From assembly GCA_041741095.1 (NCBI GenBank), contig JBGSKQ010000080.1, forward strand, positions 15,850-79,849: 64,000 nt of DNA. Direction: 5' to 3'. Source of the stretch: Saprospiraceae bacterium. Its GTDB lineage: Bacteria; Bacteroidota; Bacteroidia; Chitinophagales; Saprospiraceae. The position numbers and the translations under genes were made by a program. The notes beneath the pieces are model-generated. The model did no database searches. It saw only the letters and a program-made list of their open reading frames with translations, and was not told where the DNA came from. The number at the start of each line of letters is the position of its first letter. Position 1 is the first letter of the stretch. Shown piece after piece: positions 24,952-32,972 of this stretch.

Positions 24952-25254
24952 AGTTGTCGAATGATTTTTTTTAAACAAAAGTGCAGCACAAGAAAGGCCC
25001 AAAAATATTCTGCCCAAAGTGAAATATAATAATTGATTTTCAACCAAATATAAATACGCATTTCATCGTATTGCCCGCTCCTATTACATAGCTCAACTTT
25101 GTCCATTGCCACTTGCAAGCATCTAAAACCCCATTTTGCGAATTCTGCAATCCTTTGTTCAATCGAATTAATCCTTGTGATAAAAGGGCAGCCTCCCAGG
25201 TTGCCCTTCCATTTTCCCATTCTACAAAATTCTACTGGTAAGGAACCCCCTTAC

Positions 25255-25294
25255 AGCGTTGCCAACGGACAGGTGCCGGGGCGACGCTTTTTTA
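25255..25294 (+). terminator. orphan plus-strand hairpin + T-run in a 520-nt divergent intergenic region
   Basis: AGCGTTGCC (25255-25263) pairs with GGCGACGCT (25280-25288), with one G-U pair. The T-run TTTTTT runs from 25288 to 25293, and its first T closes the stem. No plus-strand CDS lies upstream. Confidence 0.4.
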
Positions 25295-25471
25295 TTGATG
25301 GCATAAATATCCGATCAAAAGCAAGGAACCTGCGAACAGGTTGCCGTTGTGAAGGGCATTTTTGTAGAAAGTTTCCAGGTGTTTTGTCTATTCAGCCTGG
25401 TATTTGGGTTTAAAAAAGCACAAATTACGCTTGCACCCAACTCGAACAATAATTGCTTCATTTTAAATTGG

Positions 25472-26500
25472 ATGTTTATGGACAAATCAATGGCCTCCCT
25501 GTTGCTGTTTGTTTTTTTGGGAAACATGCTTTTTGCCCAGCACGGCCTCCAGGCCGAATACTACAACGGCATCAACTTCGAAGATAAAGTGGCCACCCGC
25601 ATTGACGATAAGATTGACTTTTATTGGCTGGATACACCGCCCGTGCCGGGCCTCGACCCCAACTATTGCTCGGTGCGCTGGACGGGCAGGCTCCTTTCGC
25701 CGGAGACTGGCACTTACACTTTTTCTGCCAAGGTGGACGACGGCATCCGGGTGTGGGTGGGCAATGTACTGGTCATCAATAACTGGAACCTGAACGATTA
25801 CGGCATTTTCAGCGGCCAAGTGAAAATGGAAGCGGGAAAACAGTATGATCTGAAGGTGGAGTTTTTCAATGCCCTGGTGGAAGCCGAGATTTCGCTGCTG
25901 TGGGAATTGCCCAGCGAGCAAGCTTCTTTTCCGAACCTGTTTGGAAGAAACTATAAAACAGTGGAGGAAGAATATTTTTTACAAAAACCTGCGCCCAAAC
26001 CAGCCGTGAAGACGCCCGTAAAAAGAGAAGAAGTGGCGCAAAAAACACCCGAAAAACCCAATCCCGCCCCGCAAAAAACAAAGCCCAAAACCCAGGCTCC
26101 CAAGCAAAATCCTCCTGCCAATGTTGAACCTGCTGCGAAAGTGGTCGTCCACAAAGATACCATCGAGCGTTATACCCCGAAAAACGTCAATTTCGAGCGG
26201 GGAAAGAGCATTATGCTGGCCACTTCGCACGAAGCGTTGGACAATTTGGCGGCTTTCCTCCTGCGCAACCCTGACATCCACCTAAAGGTGGAAGGCCATA
26301 CCGACATCATCGGCGACCAGCAAAAAAATTGGGAATTATCGGAAGAACGGGCCAATGCCGTGGCTGATTACCTGACGGGCAAAGGCATTGAGCGAGACCG
26401 TATTAAAGCCAAAGGCTACGGCAGCAGCCGGCCCATCGTGAAGGGGAGTCCGAAGAAACACTATCCCATCAACAGGCGGGTTGAGTTTGTCATGTATTGA
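25472..26500 (+). CDS. PA14 domain + Pro/Lys-rich linker + OmpA-family peptidoglycan-binding domain protein
   Basis: PA14 segment: GLQAEYYNGINFEDKV...VRWTGRLLSPETGTYTFSAKVDDGIRVWV. Linker is rich in KP/AP. OmpA_C segment: LKVEGHTDIIGDQQKNWELSEERANAVADYL...NRRVEF. The start is ATG 25472, 25478 or 25490. Confidence 0.85.
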   Translation: MFMDKSMASLLLFVFLGNMLFAQHGLQAEYYNGINFEDKVATRIDDKIDFYWLDTPPVPGLDPNYCSVRWTGRLLSPETGTYTFSAKVDDGIRVWVGNVLVINNWNLNDYGIFSGQVKMEAGKQYDLKVEFFNALVEAEISLLWELPSEQASFPNLFGRNYKTVEEEYFLQKPAPKPAVKTPVKREEVAQKTPEKPNPAPQKTKPKTQAPKQNPPANVEPAAKVVVHKDTIERYTPKNVNFERGKSIMLATSHEALDNLAAFLLRNPDIHLKVEGHTDIIGDQQKNWELSEERANAVADYLTGKGIERDRIKAKGYGSSRPIVKGSPKKHYPINRRVEFVMY

Positions 26501-26554
26501 AATGGAATGTGTGGTTGGCTATTTGCTTCAATATGCCACGTAACAGCCAATAAC

Positions 26555-26592
26555 AAAAAAAAACGGTTACCCGATAAAATCAGACAACCGTT
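26555..26592 (-). terminator. intrinsic terminator of the 26629-27144 gene
   Basis: On the minus strand, AACGGTT-(19 nt)-AACCGTT is followed by a T9 run. Confidence 0.55.
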
Positions 26593-26628
26593 CGGCATGG
26601 CAAGAGGGGGTCAAGCCTACTACTATCT

Positions 26629-27144
26629 TTAGTTGTGTGTCCCTTTTGTATCGAAATAAACGGGTATCACCACCGTACTTTTTACACTTTTGCCATCATG
26701 GATGGCGGGGTGCCAGTCTCCCAGGGCCGCCACTAAGTTCACCGCAGTTTGGGTACAAGGCTTGCAGACAACAGGCTGTTTCACCACTTGGTAATTGTTG
26801 ATTTTTCCGTTCGATTGCACATCAAAAGTAACGTATTCCACGCCGCTGTAGCCGCTGGGAAAATTGCCCGTGGGGTTTTCCACTTCGGTAAATTTGCTTT
26901 TCATCATACGCTCGGTACAGGCACCGGGGTTGGTAGTTTCCTGGCAGTCGTCAGAACTGACGGGGCCGTGGCCCACCTTCGCTTTTTCATCAGTGGCATA
27001 TTGAAATGCATACGCTGTGGGCGTGAACCAAGCATCGCTTGTTTCTTTCCACGAAAAGGGATGATTGGTCTGCGCATGGGCGGTAGAAAAGTAGCCAAAG
27101 GCAAGCAGGGCCAAGGCGAGCTTTGCAAAGTGTTTGAATTTCAT
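26629..27144 (-). CDS. hypothetical secreted protein with TonB C-terminal-like fold
   Basis: Signal-like N-terminus MKFKHFAKLALALLAFGYFSTAHA. The C-terminal segment YVTFDVQSNGKINNYQVV...WHPAIHDGKSVKSTVVIPVYF resembles the TonB_C pattern. Confidence 0.45.
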   Translation of the reverse strand: MKFKHFAKLALALLAFGYFSTAHAQTNHPFSWKETSDAWFTPTAYAFQYATDEKAKVGHGPVSSDDCQETTNPGACTERMMKSKFTEVENPTGNFPSGYSGVEYVTFDVQSNGKINNYQVVKQPVVCKPCTQTAVNLVAALGDWHPAIHDGKSVKSTVVIPVYFDTKGTHN

Positions 27145-27376
27145 AATACTCGTTTTTGGTTAAAGAAAATAAGGGTGGTCGGCGTTTCGTGTGTGGATGG
27201 AGATATAACAGAAAGGAGATAAGTGATGTTCGCTCAGGCGAAGAATGAACAAAAAGATATTGAGTCGGTGGGTATTTTTTTGTTTTGATTAATTCAAATA
27301 TAGTAGAACAGGGAATCAACAGCCCAGACATGGGTCGCAGTGATAAAATAAAGGTAAATATTTGAAAGTGAATAGA

Positions 27377-28087
27377 TTAGAGTTTTAAATAAAACTCACC
27401 CGTCAATGCTTTGTACGCCGTTGTCCAATCGTTTGCCTCATTGTCGTTGATAACCAAATCATCCTTTTCCATTGGTTTTAACTTCCCTTCAAACTGCAAA
27501 AGCAGCCTTTCGATAGGTTTGTCGGCTTTGGGTTTTACCTCCGTCATTTTGGTGCAGTAGAGGTTGTAGGTATTGGCCAATTCCTTGAAGCGCAAGCCCT
27601 CCATATAGGGCAGGATGAGGCAAAATTTGCCGTTTTCTTTCAACAGTTTGCGAGCGGAGCGCAGCAGGTCGCCATGTGGCAGTTTCACGGTGTGGCGGAC
27701 GGAGGTTTTGTCCTGGCTGCTGGAGAAAGTGCCGCCGGAGAAGAATGGCGGGTTGCTTACGATGAGGTCGTATTCGGCGTCCCTGTTTTTTGAAAAATCC
27801 TGGATGGAAGTTTGAAAAGCTTGAAGGCGTTCGGCCCAGGCGGTGTTTAGCATGTTTTGGGCGGCTTGTGCGCAGGCTTCTTCGTCAATTTCCACGGCGT
27901 GGATGCTGGCCTTGGTTGCCCTTTGTGCCAACATGATGGCTATGACGCCGGTGCCGGTGCCTACGTCCAAGATGCGGGAAGCGGAGTCCACATCAGCCCA
28001 TGCGCCCAGCAGCACACCGTCCGTGCCGACCTTCATGGTGCATCGATCTTGTTCGATGGAAAATTGTTTAAACTGAAAGGGTTTCAT
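27377..28087 (-). CDS. tRNA1(Val) (adenine37-N6)-methyltransferase-like SAM-dependent methyltransferase (YfiC/TrmN6 family)
   Basis: Start chosen at ATG 28087 (MKPFQFKQFSIEQDRCTMKVGTDGVLLGAWA). SAM motif ILDVGTGTGVIAIMLAQR. Catalytic motif SNPPFF. Confidence 0.8.
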   Translation of the reverse strand: MKPFQFKQFSIEQDRCTMKVGTDGVLLGAWADVDSASRILDVGTGTGVIAIMLAQRATKASIHAVEIDEEACAQAAQNMLNTAWAERLQAFQTSIQDFSKNRDAEYDLIVSNPPFFSGGTFSSSQDKTSVRHTVKLPHGDLLRSARKLLKENGKFCLILPYMEGLRFKELANTYNLYCTKMTEVKPKADKPIERLLLQFEGKLKPMEKDDLVINDNEANDWTTAYKALTGEFYLKL

Positions 28088-28493
28088 TGCGGTCACTTGC
28101 ATCTGTTGCCTTTTTGTGCTTGAACAGGGGCAGAAATAGCCCCGCCCAACTGCCTGCATAAATCCCCGCATAGTTACATACCATGTCCAATAATTCAAAA
28201 TTGCGGGAGGGAATGAATGCTTGGCTGCACTCTTCCAGGGTGATGCCAAAGGTGATCAGCCAGCTTCCCACTAACACCTGGAAGCCATTGATGTTCAGGC
28301 GTTTCTGCTTTAAACTGCCGTTGAGCAAAAAGGTCAAAGTGCCCAAAATACAGAAGTGCATTCCTTTGTCGCCCAAGGGCATGTTTCCCATTATATTTTT
28401 GATGGACATGCCAATCGGCATTTGTAAACCAATGGAAAAAATGACCAGAAAAAATGCCAGGAAAGCCAGTGAAGTAAGCGTTTTGAGCAGCAT
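28068..28493 (-). CDS. VanZ-like family membrane protein
   Basis: 141 aa with 4 hydrophobic spans. The spacing DKGMHF...LEECSQAFIPSRNFELLDMVCNYAG is typical of VanZ. Its 3' end overlaps the next gene's start by 20 nt. Confidence 0.55.
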   Translation of the reverse strand: MLLKTLTSLAFLAFFLVIFSIGLQMPIGMSIKNIMGNMPLGDKGMHFCILGTLTFLLNGSLKQKRLNINGFQVLVGSWLITFGITLEECSQAFIPSRNFELLDMVCNYAGIYAGSWAGLFLPLFKHKKATDASDRNETLSV

Positions 28494-28577
28494 AAACCGG
28501 TGTTTTGATTTTTGTACAAAACACCTTCAAATTTTTGACCAAAAGCATTGGCATTGCAGACTGAAACTTATTATATC

Positions 28578-28612
28578 GGATTGTGGACTGTGGACTGTGG
28601 ATTGCGGACTGC
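28578..28612. repeat. five tandem heptamers GGAYTGY
   Basis: GGATTGT GGACTGT GGACTGT GGATTGC GGACTGC lies between the stop of the 604-aa gene and the start of the VanZ-like gene. Confidence 0.8.
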
Positions 28613-28620
28613 CGACAACC

Positions 28621-30435
28621 CTACCGCTCTGCCACATTGAACACAAAAGCCGCCGGGAACAGCTTCAACAGCCCATCTTCGTCCCTGACCACCAGTTGGT
28701 CAAAATAGACACTTGTTTCTGTGGAAATGCCATCAAAAGCAAACAGTAAAGCGGGATGGTCGAACCGGTCGCTTTTGAAGCCATAAGGCGTCACGTTTTT
28801 ACCGGCGATGATGCACTCAAAAGTCTCGATGGAAAGCTGTTTTTCGCCAATCCAAAGTTCGATTGCTTGGTTGGATGCTATTTGAAAACTGTCCAAAGGA
28901 AAATTGGAACTGGAAGGTGCAGCTTCCATATTTCCCCATTTAAGGGTGACCTTTTGGTTCTGATAGGCTTGATACTCAGGCATATAGTCCACATCAGGGC
29001 TGTGCCGGATAAGTTCCACTTCTGCAAAAGTGCCATTTTTAAAAAGGGCGTCGGCCTCCGTCAGGTAGCGGCGGTTGGTCTGAAAACCTGGGATGTGGAC
29101 GATTTCGTAGCGGCGCTCGTCTTTGTACATTTCGAGGATGCGGCGGGAATCCAGGTCGAATGTGTCCACTTTGACCAAAGCCCGTTTGTCGGGCCTGGCG
29201 ATGATCTGAAAACCAAAACTGGGATCGAGGTGGTTGATTTCCGGCACCTGCACCAGCGGTTCGTAAACAGAATTTGGGTCAATGATACGGATGGTGACCT
29301 TGGAAATGTAGATGTCGCCGATTTCTCCAAAAATGGTCAACTCGTCGCCAAAGTCCAGGCTGTCGTTGTAAATCCTGTCGTTGCGCCTATCCCTCAGCAG
29401 GACATGCTTTCGGTCAATGTCGTTGATGTAGGCGTGTTTGTCGCCCTTTTTGGTTTGGTAAATGATGCTCAAAATACCTGCCTCCAACGACTGTGTATCC
29501 CGCATGATTTTCATTTCTTCTTTTACAATTTTTTGAAAATCAGCAAGATGCAGGTCTATATTTCCGGCATAGCCGTTGGGTTGGGCGAATTTTAGGAGTG
29601 GCAGCACCACTTCGCCCCATTGGAAACTGTACTTGACAGGCCGGGGTTTTTCATATTTGAAAATGACATAATTGGCCAGCCTGGCAGTTTTATTGGCAAA
29701 CAAATAGGTGGGGGAGGTGTGCATCGGAAAAAAGGAAAACAGAAGCGCCACTAATCCTGCCATCCCGCACAGGCCTGATATTTTCAATAAAAATAGAGCA
29801 TGAATGGAATGTTGCTGCCGTTGTTGCAAGCTGTTTTGGTAAATGGATTTCCACTGCCTGCCCCACCACAGCAGCAGTGGGTTCCACCAATTAATCACCA
29901 GCAGTATTTCCACCAAAAACGCTTCACAGGCAAACAGTGGATGGATAGGCAACCAGGTATCGGCCCAGCGTTTTTTGTCAGCATCATCCATGTAATTCCA
30001 TTGGAAAATCAATTGGCTGAAACAGGCCGTAGCGTCGCCTTGCCAGCCCAGTGCGTATTTTGGGCGGTTTTTTTCCTCTTTTAAATAAAGCCCAATCTCC
30101 CACAGCCTGTCCACCAACCGCAAAGCGGCAACCATCAGCCCCAAAAAATACACGACGAGCAAGATGCCCCCCAGGGAAACAAAAAGATTTGGCATTTCAA
30201 AATTGAACCAATCCGGCAGGTACGGGGCTGATTTGGTGATAAAGCCTTCCAGGTGTGCATATTCGTCCAAATCCAATGTGGCGAGCGGAAATAGGTAAGC
30301 AAATAGCGGCATTAGGCGCAAATACCATCGGTGTATGCTAAAATTGAAAATGCCTTTCAATGCCCATTGGTAGCTAATGGCCAATAGCAAAAGCCAAAAG
30401 CTGGATTCCAATAGATATGCGAGAAACAAAGGCAT
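28621..30435 (-). CDS. hypothetical membrane protein (BlaR1/M56-like N-terminal membrane region without a visible HExxH motif)
   Basis: 604-aa ORF. The N-terminal approximately 250 aa carry several TM spans (MPLFLAYLLESSFWLLLLAISYQWAL...). The C-terminal soluble part has no motif I recognise. Confidence 0.5.
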   Translation of the reverse strand: MPLFLAYLLESSFWLLLLAISYQWALKGIFNFSIHRWYLRLMPLFAYLFPLATLDLDEYAHLEGFITKSAPYLPDWFNFEMPNLFVSLGGILLVVYFLGLMVAALRLVDRLWEIGLYLKEEKNRPKYALGWQGDATACFSQLIFQWNYMDDADKKRWADTWLPIHPLFACEAFLVEILLVINWWNPLLLWWGRQWKSIYQNSLQQRQQHSIHALFLLKISGLCGMAGLVALLFSFFPMHTSPTYLFANKTARLANYVIFKYEKPRPVKYSFQWGEVVLPLLKFAQPNGYAGNIDLHLADFQKIVKEEMKIMRDTQSLEAGILSIIYQTKKGDKHAYINDIDRKHVLLRDRRNDRIYNDSLDFGDELTIFGEIGDIYISKVTIRIIDPNSVYEPLVQVPEINHLDPSFGFQIIARPDKRALVKVDTFDLDSRRILEMYKDERRYEIVHIPGFQTNRRYLTEADALFKNGTFAEVELIRHSPDVDYMPEYQAYQNQKVTLKWGNMEAAPSSSNFPLDSFQIASNQAIELWIGEKQLSIETFECIIAGKNVTPYGFKSDRFDHPALLFAFDGISTETSVYFDQLVVRDEDGLLKLFPAAFVFNVAER

Positions 30436-30637
30436 AGGCCGTGTTATTTCTATTGCGGAAATGAGAAAATGGAAAATTAGGCAGTGGAAAAATAACGTGG
30501 ATTTTCCTGATAGTCAAGCCTTTTTGAAAATGTTAACACAACACCCAAGGAGTTGTGTACCTCTACCATTGAAATTGCTTTCTTGAACAGCAATATCATT
30601 GCAAGATTGTGATACTTGGAAAAGCTCAGGTTTGCTG

Positions 30638-31435
30638 TTATTTCATCTTTCCGACTGCCACCATTTTGTCTTCTACGTGCTGCACCAGTTCTATAAAATG
30701 CGGGTCACGTTTCAGCTCACGGGTGCGGTGGAACGGCAGGTCAACGGTAATATGCTCGACGAATTGGCTTGGCGGAGATTTCATAATGTAAATATCGTCG
30801 CCCAGATAGACGGCCTCGGCTATGTCGTGGGTGACGAAAATGACCGTCGGGTGGAATTCGAGCCAAAGGCTGGTAAGCAGTTCCTGCATCTGTAGGCGGG
30901 TGTTGATGTCCAAGGCGCCAAAAGGCTCGTCCATCAACAAAATCTCTGGGTTGGCGACCATGCTTCGGGCAATGGCTACCCGCTGCAACTGTCCGCCGGA
31001 GAGGGTAGGATACTGGGCATATTTGTTTTCGTGGCCGTCGAGGCCCACTTTTTTGATAATGTCCATCGCCTTTTCCTTGCGCTCTTTTTCCGGCACCCCT
31101 TTATACTGAAGGCTGAGGGCCACGTTGTCCAAAACAGAAAGCCAGGGCAGGGAGGAATATTGCTGAAAAACCATGCTGACACGGGGTGCTTGCTCCATGG
31201 GTTTACCATGAATCAGTACCTGGCCTTCCGTGGGTTTTTGCAAGCCTGCCACGTAGCGCAAAATGGTGGATTTGCCACAACCGGACATGCCGAGTATGAC
31301 GACAAATTCCCCTTGGGCGGGCTTGTCGGGGATAGACAAATTGGCGTTTTTCAACACCCAATGTTCGCCACCATCGTAGCTCTGGCCGATGTTTTTCAGT
31401 TCGATGATATTGGAAAAATTTTCAGGTATTGCCAT
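30638..31435 (-). CDS. ABC transporter ATP-binding protein (NitT/TauT-like)
   Basis: Walker A GMSGCGKST, signature LSGGQLQRVAIARS, Walker B ILLMDEPFGALD, H-loop VTHD. Start chosen at ATG 31435 (MAIPENF...). Confidence 0.9.
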   Translation of the reverse strand: MAIPENFSNIIELKNIGQSYDGGEHWVLKNANLSIPDKPAQGEFVVILGMSGCGKSTILRYVAGLQKPTEGQVLIHGKPMEQAPRVSMVFQQYSSLPWLSVLDNVALSLQYKGVPEKERKEKAMDIIKKVGLDGHENKYAQYPTLSGGQLQRVAIARSMVANPEILLMDEPFGALDINTRLQMQELLTSLWLEFHPTVIFVTHDIAEAVYLGDDIYIMKSPPSQFVEHITVDLPFHRTRELKRDPHFIELVQHVEDKMVAVGKMK

Positions 31436-31489
31436 GTTGTTGAGGTCAGCGGAAGAAGTACAGGGTGTTTGGCCCCGCAGCTTCAATTT

Positions 31490-32596
31490 TTAGTTTTGTT
31501 TGCGAAGGGCAGTTTGCACCTTCATTTCACCGAAAAGCATAAAAACCAGAGCGGCCAAAGCACCGATGAGGGCAATGGTGCCGATGAGGTCAACATTCGG
31601 CAGGAAAACGGCCAAGGCCAAAATGGCCAGGAACAGGTAGATGCCATAGCGTACCTCTTTATTGCCGTTGAGGGTGGTTTTATAATAACGGAAAGGGAAA
31701 AGACGCCTGCCGAGATAGACAAAAATCATGTCCTGCAAAAAACCAATCAGCACAATGACGAGGATGATGGCGAACATGTCCGGCACTTGTTGCAGGCGGC
31801 GCTTGATGTAAATAAGCGCACCGAGGCCGCCACCGTCTTTGTTGATGTATTCGGCGACGATGATGTAGGTCCAGGAGACCGCCGTAAGTACTCGAATATC
31901 GTCGAGCAGTTTGCTCATGACGGCCGGAAAATAAACAGTTTTGATGGTCTGCCAATTGGTAGCGCCCAATGTAAACACGGTGGATGTATAAACGTCCTCT
32001 ACCTCTTCAACGCGGGAAATGACCGTTGGCAATAAAAAAACGATGATGCCGAAGGCGAGGAAAGCCACCTTCATCTCATCATAAATCCCAAACCAGATGA
32101 TGAAGACGCCAATCAGCGCCGTGAGCGGCAGGTAGCGCAGTGCGTCCACAGGTTTGCTAAAAAGCCCCTTGAACAAAGGGAAGAGGCCGATGAGAAAGCC
32201 AAGAGGCACACAGAGCAGCACCGCCCAGAAGTAACCTTTCAGGTTGAGCCATATTGATCGGAGCGCATTGCCGATCAGCTTGTCTTTCTGGAACAAATGG
32301 CTATAACTGGCCACCACCTCCGTTGGCAGCGGTACGATGGGATAAACCTTTTTGAATTCGGTCGCATTGGCGAATTTGAGCGAATCGGCCAGGAGGATGG
32401 AGTCACGCAGTGCGATATTGGCCAGCGAATCGCCCGTCAGGCTGGAAGGCAGTTCTGTGTTGTAGCCTTTAATGACGGGTATTTTTCTGGAAAACGCTTC
32501 GGCCAAAAGCCACCATATCGCCAAGATGACCACCACGCCTGCTATGCCAAGCCCGATTTGTTGTGCATTGCTGAGTTTGCCCCTGAGTTCAAACAT
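31490..32596 (-). CDS. ABC transporter permease (NitT/TauT-like, BPD_transp_1)
   Basis: 368-aa polytopic ORF adjacent to the ATPase gene. It has an EAA-like loop region (STVFTLGATNWQTIKTVYFPAV). Confidence 0.8.
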   Translation of the reverse strand: MFELRGKLSNAQQIGLGIAGVVVILAIWWLLAEAFSRKIPVIKGYNTELPSSLTGDSLANIALRDSILLADSLKFANATEFKKVYPIVPLPTEVVASYSHLFQKDKLIGNALRSIWLNLKGYFWAVLLCVPLGFLIGLFPLFKGLFSKPVDALRYLPLTALIGVFIIWFGIYDEMKVAFLAFGIIVFLLPTVISRVEEVEDVYTSTVFTLGATNWQTIKTVYFPAVMSKLLDDIRVLTAVSWTYIIVAEYINKDGGGLGALIYIKRRLQQVPDMFAIILVIVLIGFLQDMIFVYLGRRLFPFRYYKTTLNGNKEVRYGIYLFLAILALAVFLPNVDLIGTIALIGALAALVFMLFGEMKVQTALRKQN

Positions 32597-32648
32597 GAAG
32601 AGTTGATTTGGAGGCTAAATTAGAAAGGGGAATGGCGGATTGGAAGGA

Positions 32649-32954
32649 TTATCCATTTTTTTTGTGGGAACCGTTTTTCTTTTTTTGGTGGAAAGAAACT
32701 TCTCCTTTTTCCACTCTTTTTTGGATCTGGAGCAATTCGTCTTTTTCTAATCCGGTCAATTCCATGACGAAGTCAAGGCCAAGGCCTTTTTGGAACGCCT
32801 TGGCAGCGGTTTCTATGGCTTTTAATTTTTCGCCTTTTTCGATTCCCTCTTCGATACCTTTTTCGATACCTTGTTTGTACCGTATATCCGTTTCTATGTC
32901 ATAAACCCAAGGCATTTCTTCTATTATTTGAATTGTTAAGGCTTGCACAGCCAA
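32649..32954 (-). CDS. small protein resembling only the C-terminal module of Rpn/YhgA-type (PD-(D/E)XK transposase-like) proteins
   Basis: YKQGIEKGIEEGIEKGEKLKAIETAAKAFQKGLGLDFVMELTGLEKDELLQIQK matches the G-[IL]-E-K-G repeat plus helix-turn-helix-like tail typical of those proteins. No nuclease domain lies upstream, because the next gene ends 18 nt away. Confidence 0.45.
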   Translation of the reverse strand: MAVQALTIQIIEEMPWVYDIETDIRYKQGIEKGIEEGIEKGEKLKAIETAAKAFQKGLGLDFVMELTGLEKDELLQIQKRVEKGEVSFHQKKKNGSHKKNG

Positions 32955-32972
32955 GATAATGCGATTTTTTTG

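Noticed and set aside
24247-25029. 260-aa plus-strand ORF antisense to the GATase1 gene
   Set aside because: The minus-strand frame has the GVCFGHQ nucleophile elbow and an HPEF motif. The plus-strand frame has nothing comparable.
28068-28087. 20-nt overlap between the VanZ-like gene's 3' end and the methyltransferase start, considered as a possible programmed frameshift or fusion
   Set aside because: Short out-of-frame overlaps between adjacent co-oriented genes are common. Both proteins look complete on their own.
31031-32035. 334-aa plus-strand ORF spanning the ABC ATPase/permease junction
   Set aside because: It runs antisense across two well-supported genes and their intergenic gap, with no recognisable motifs.
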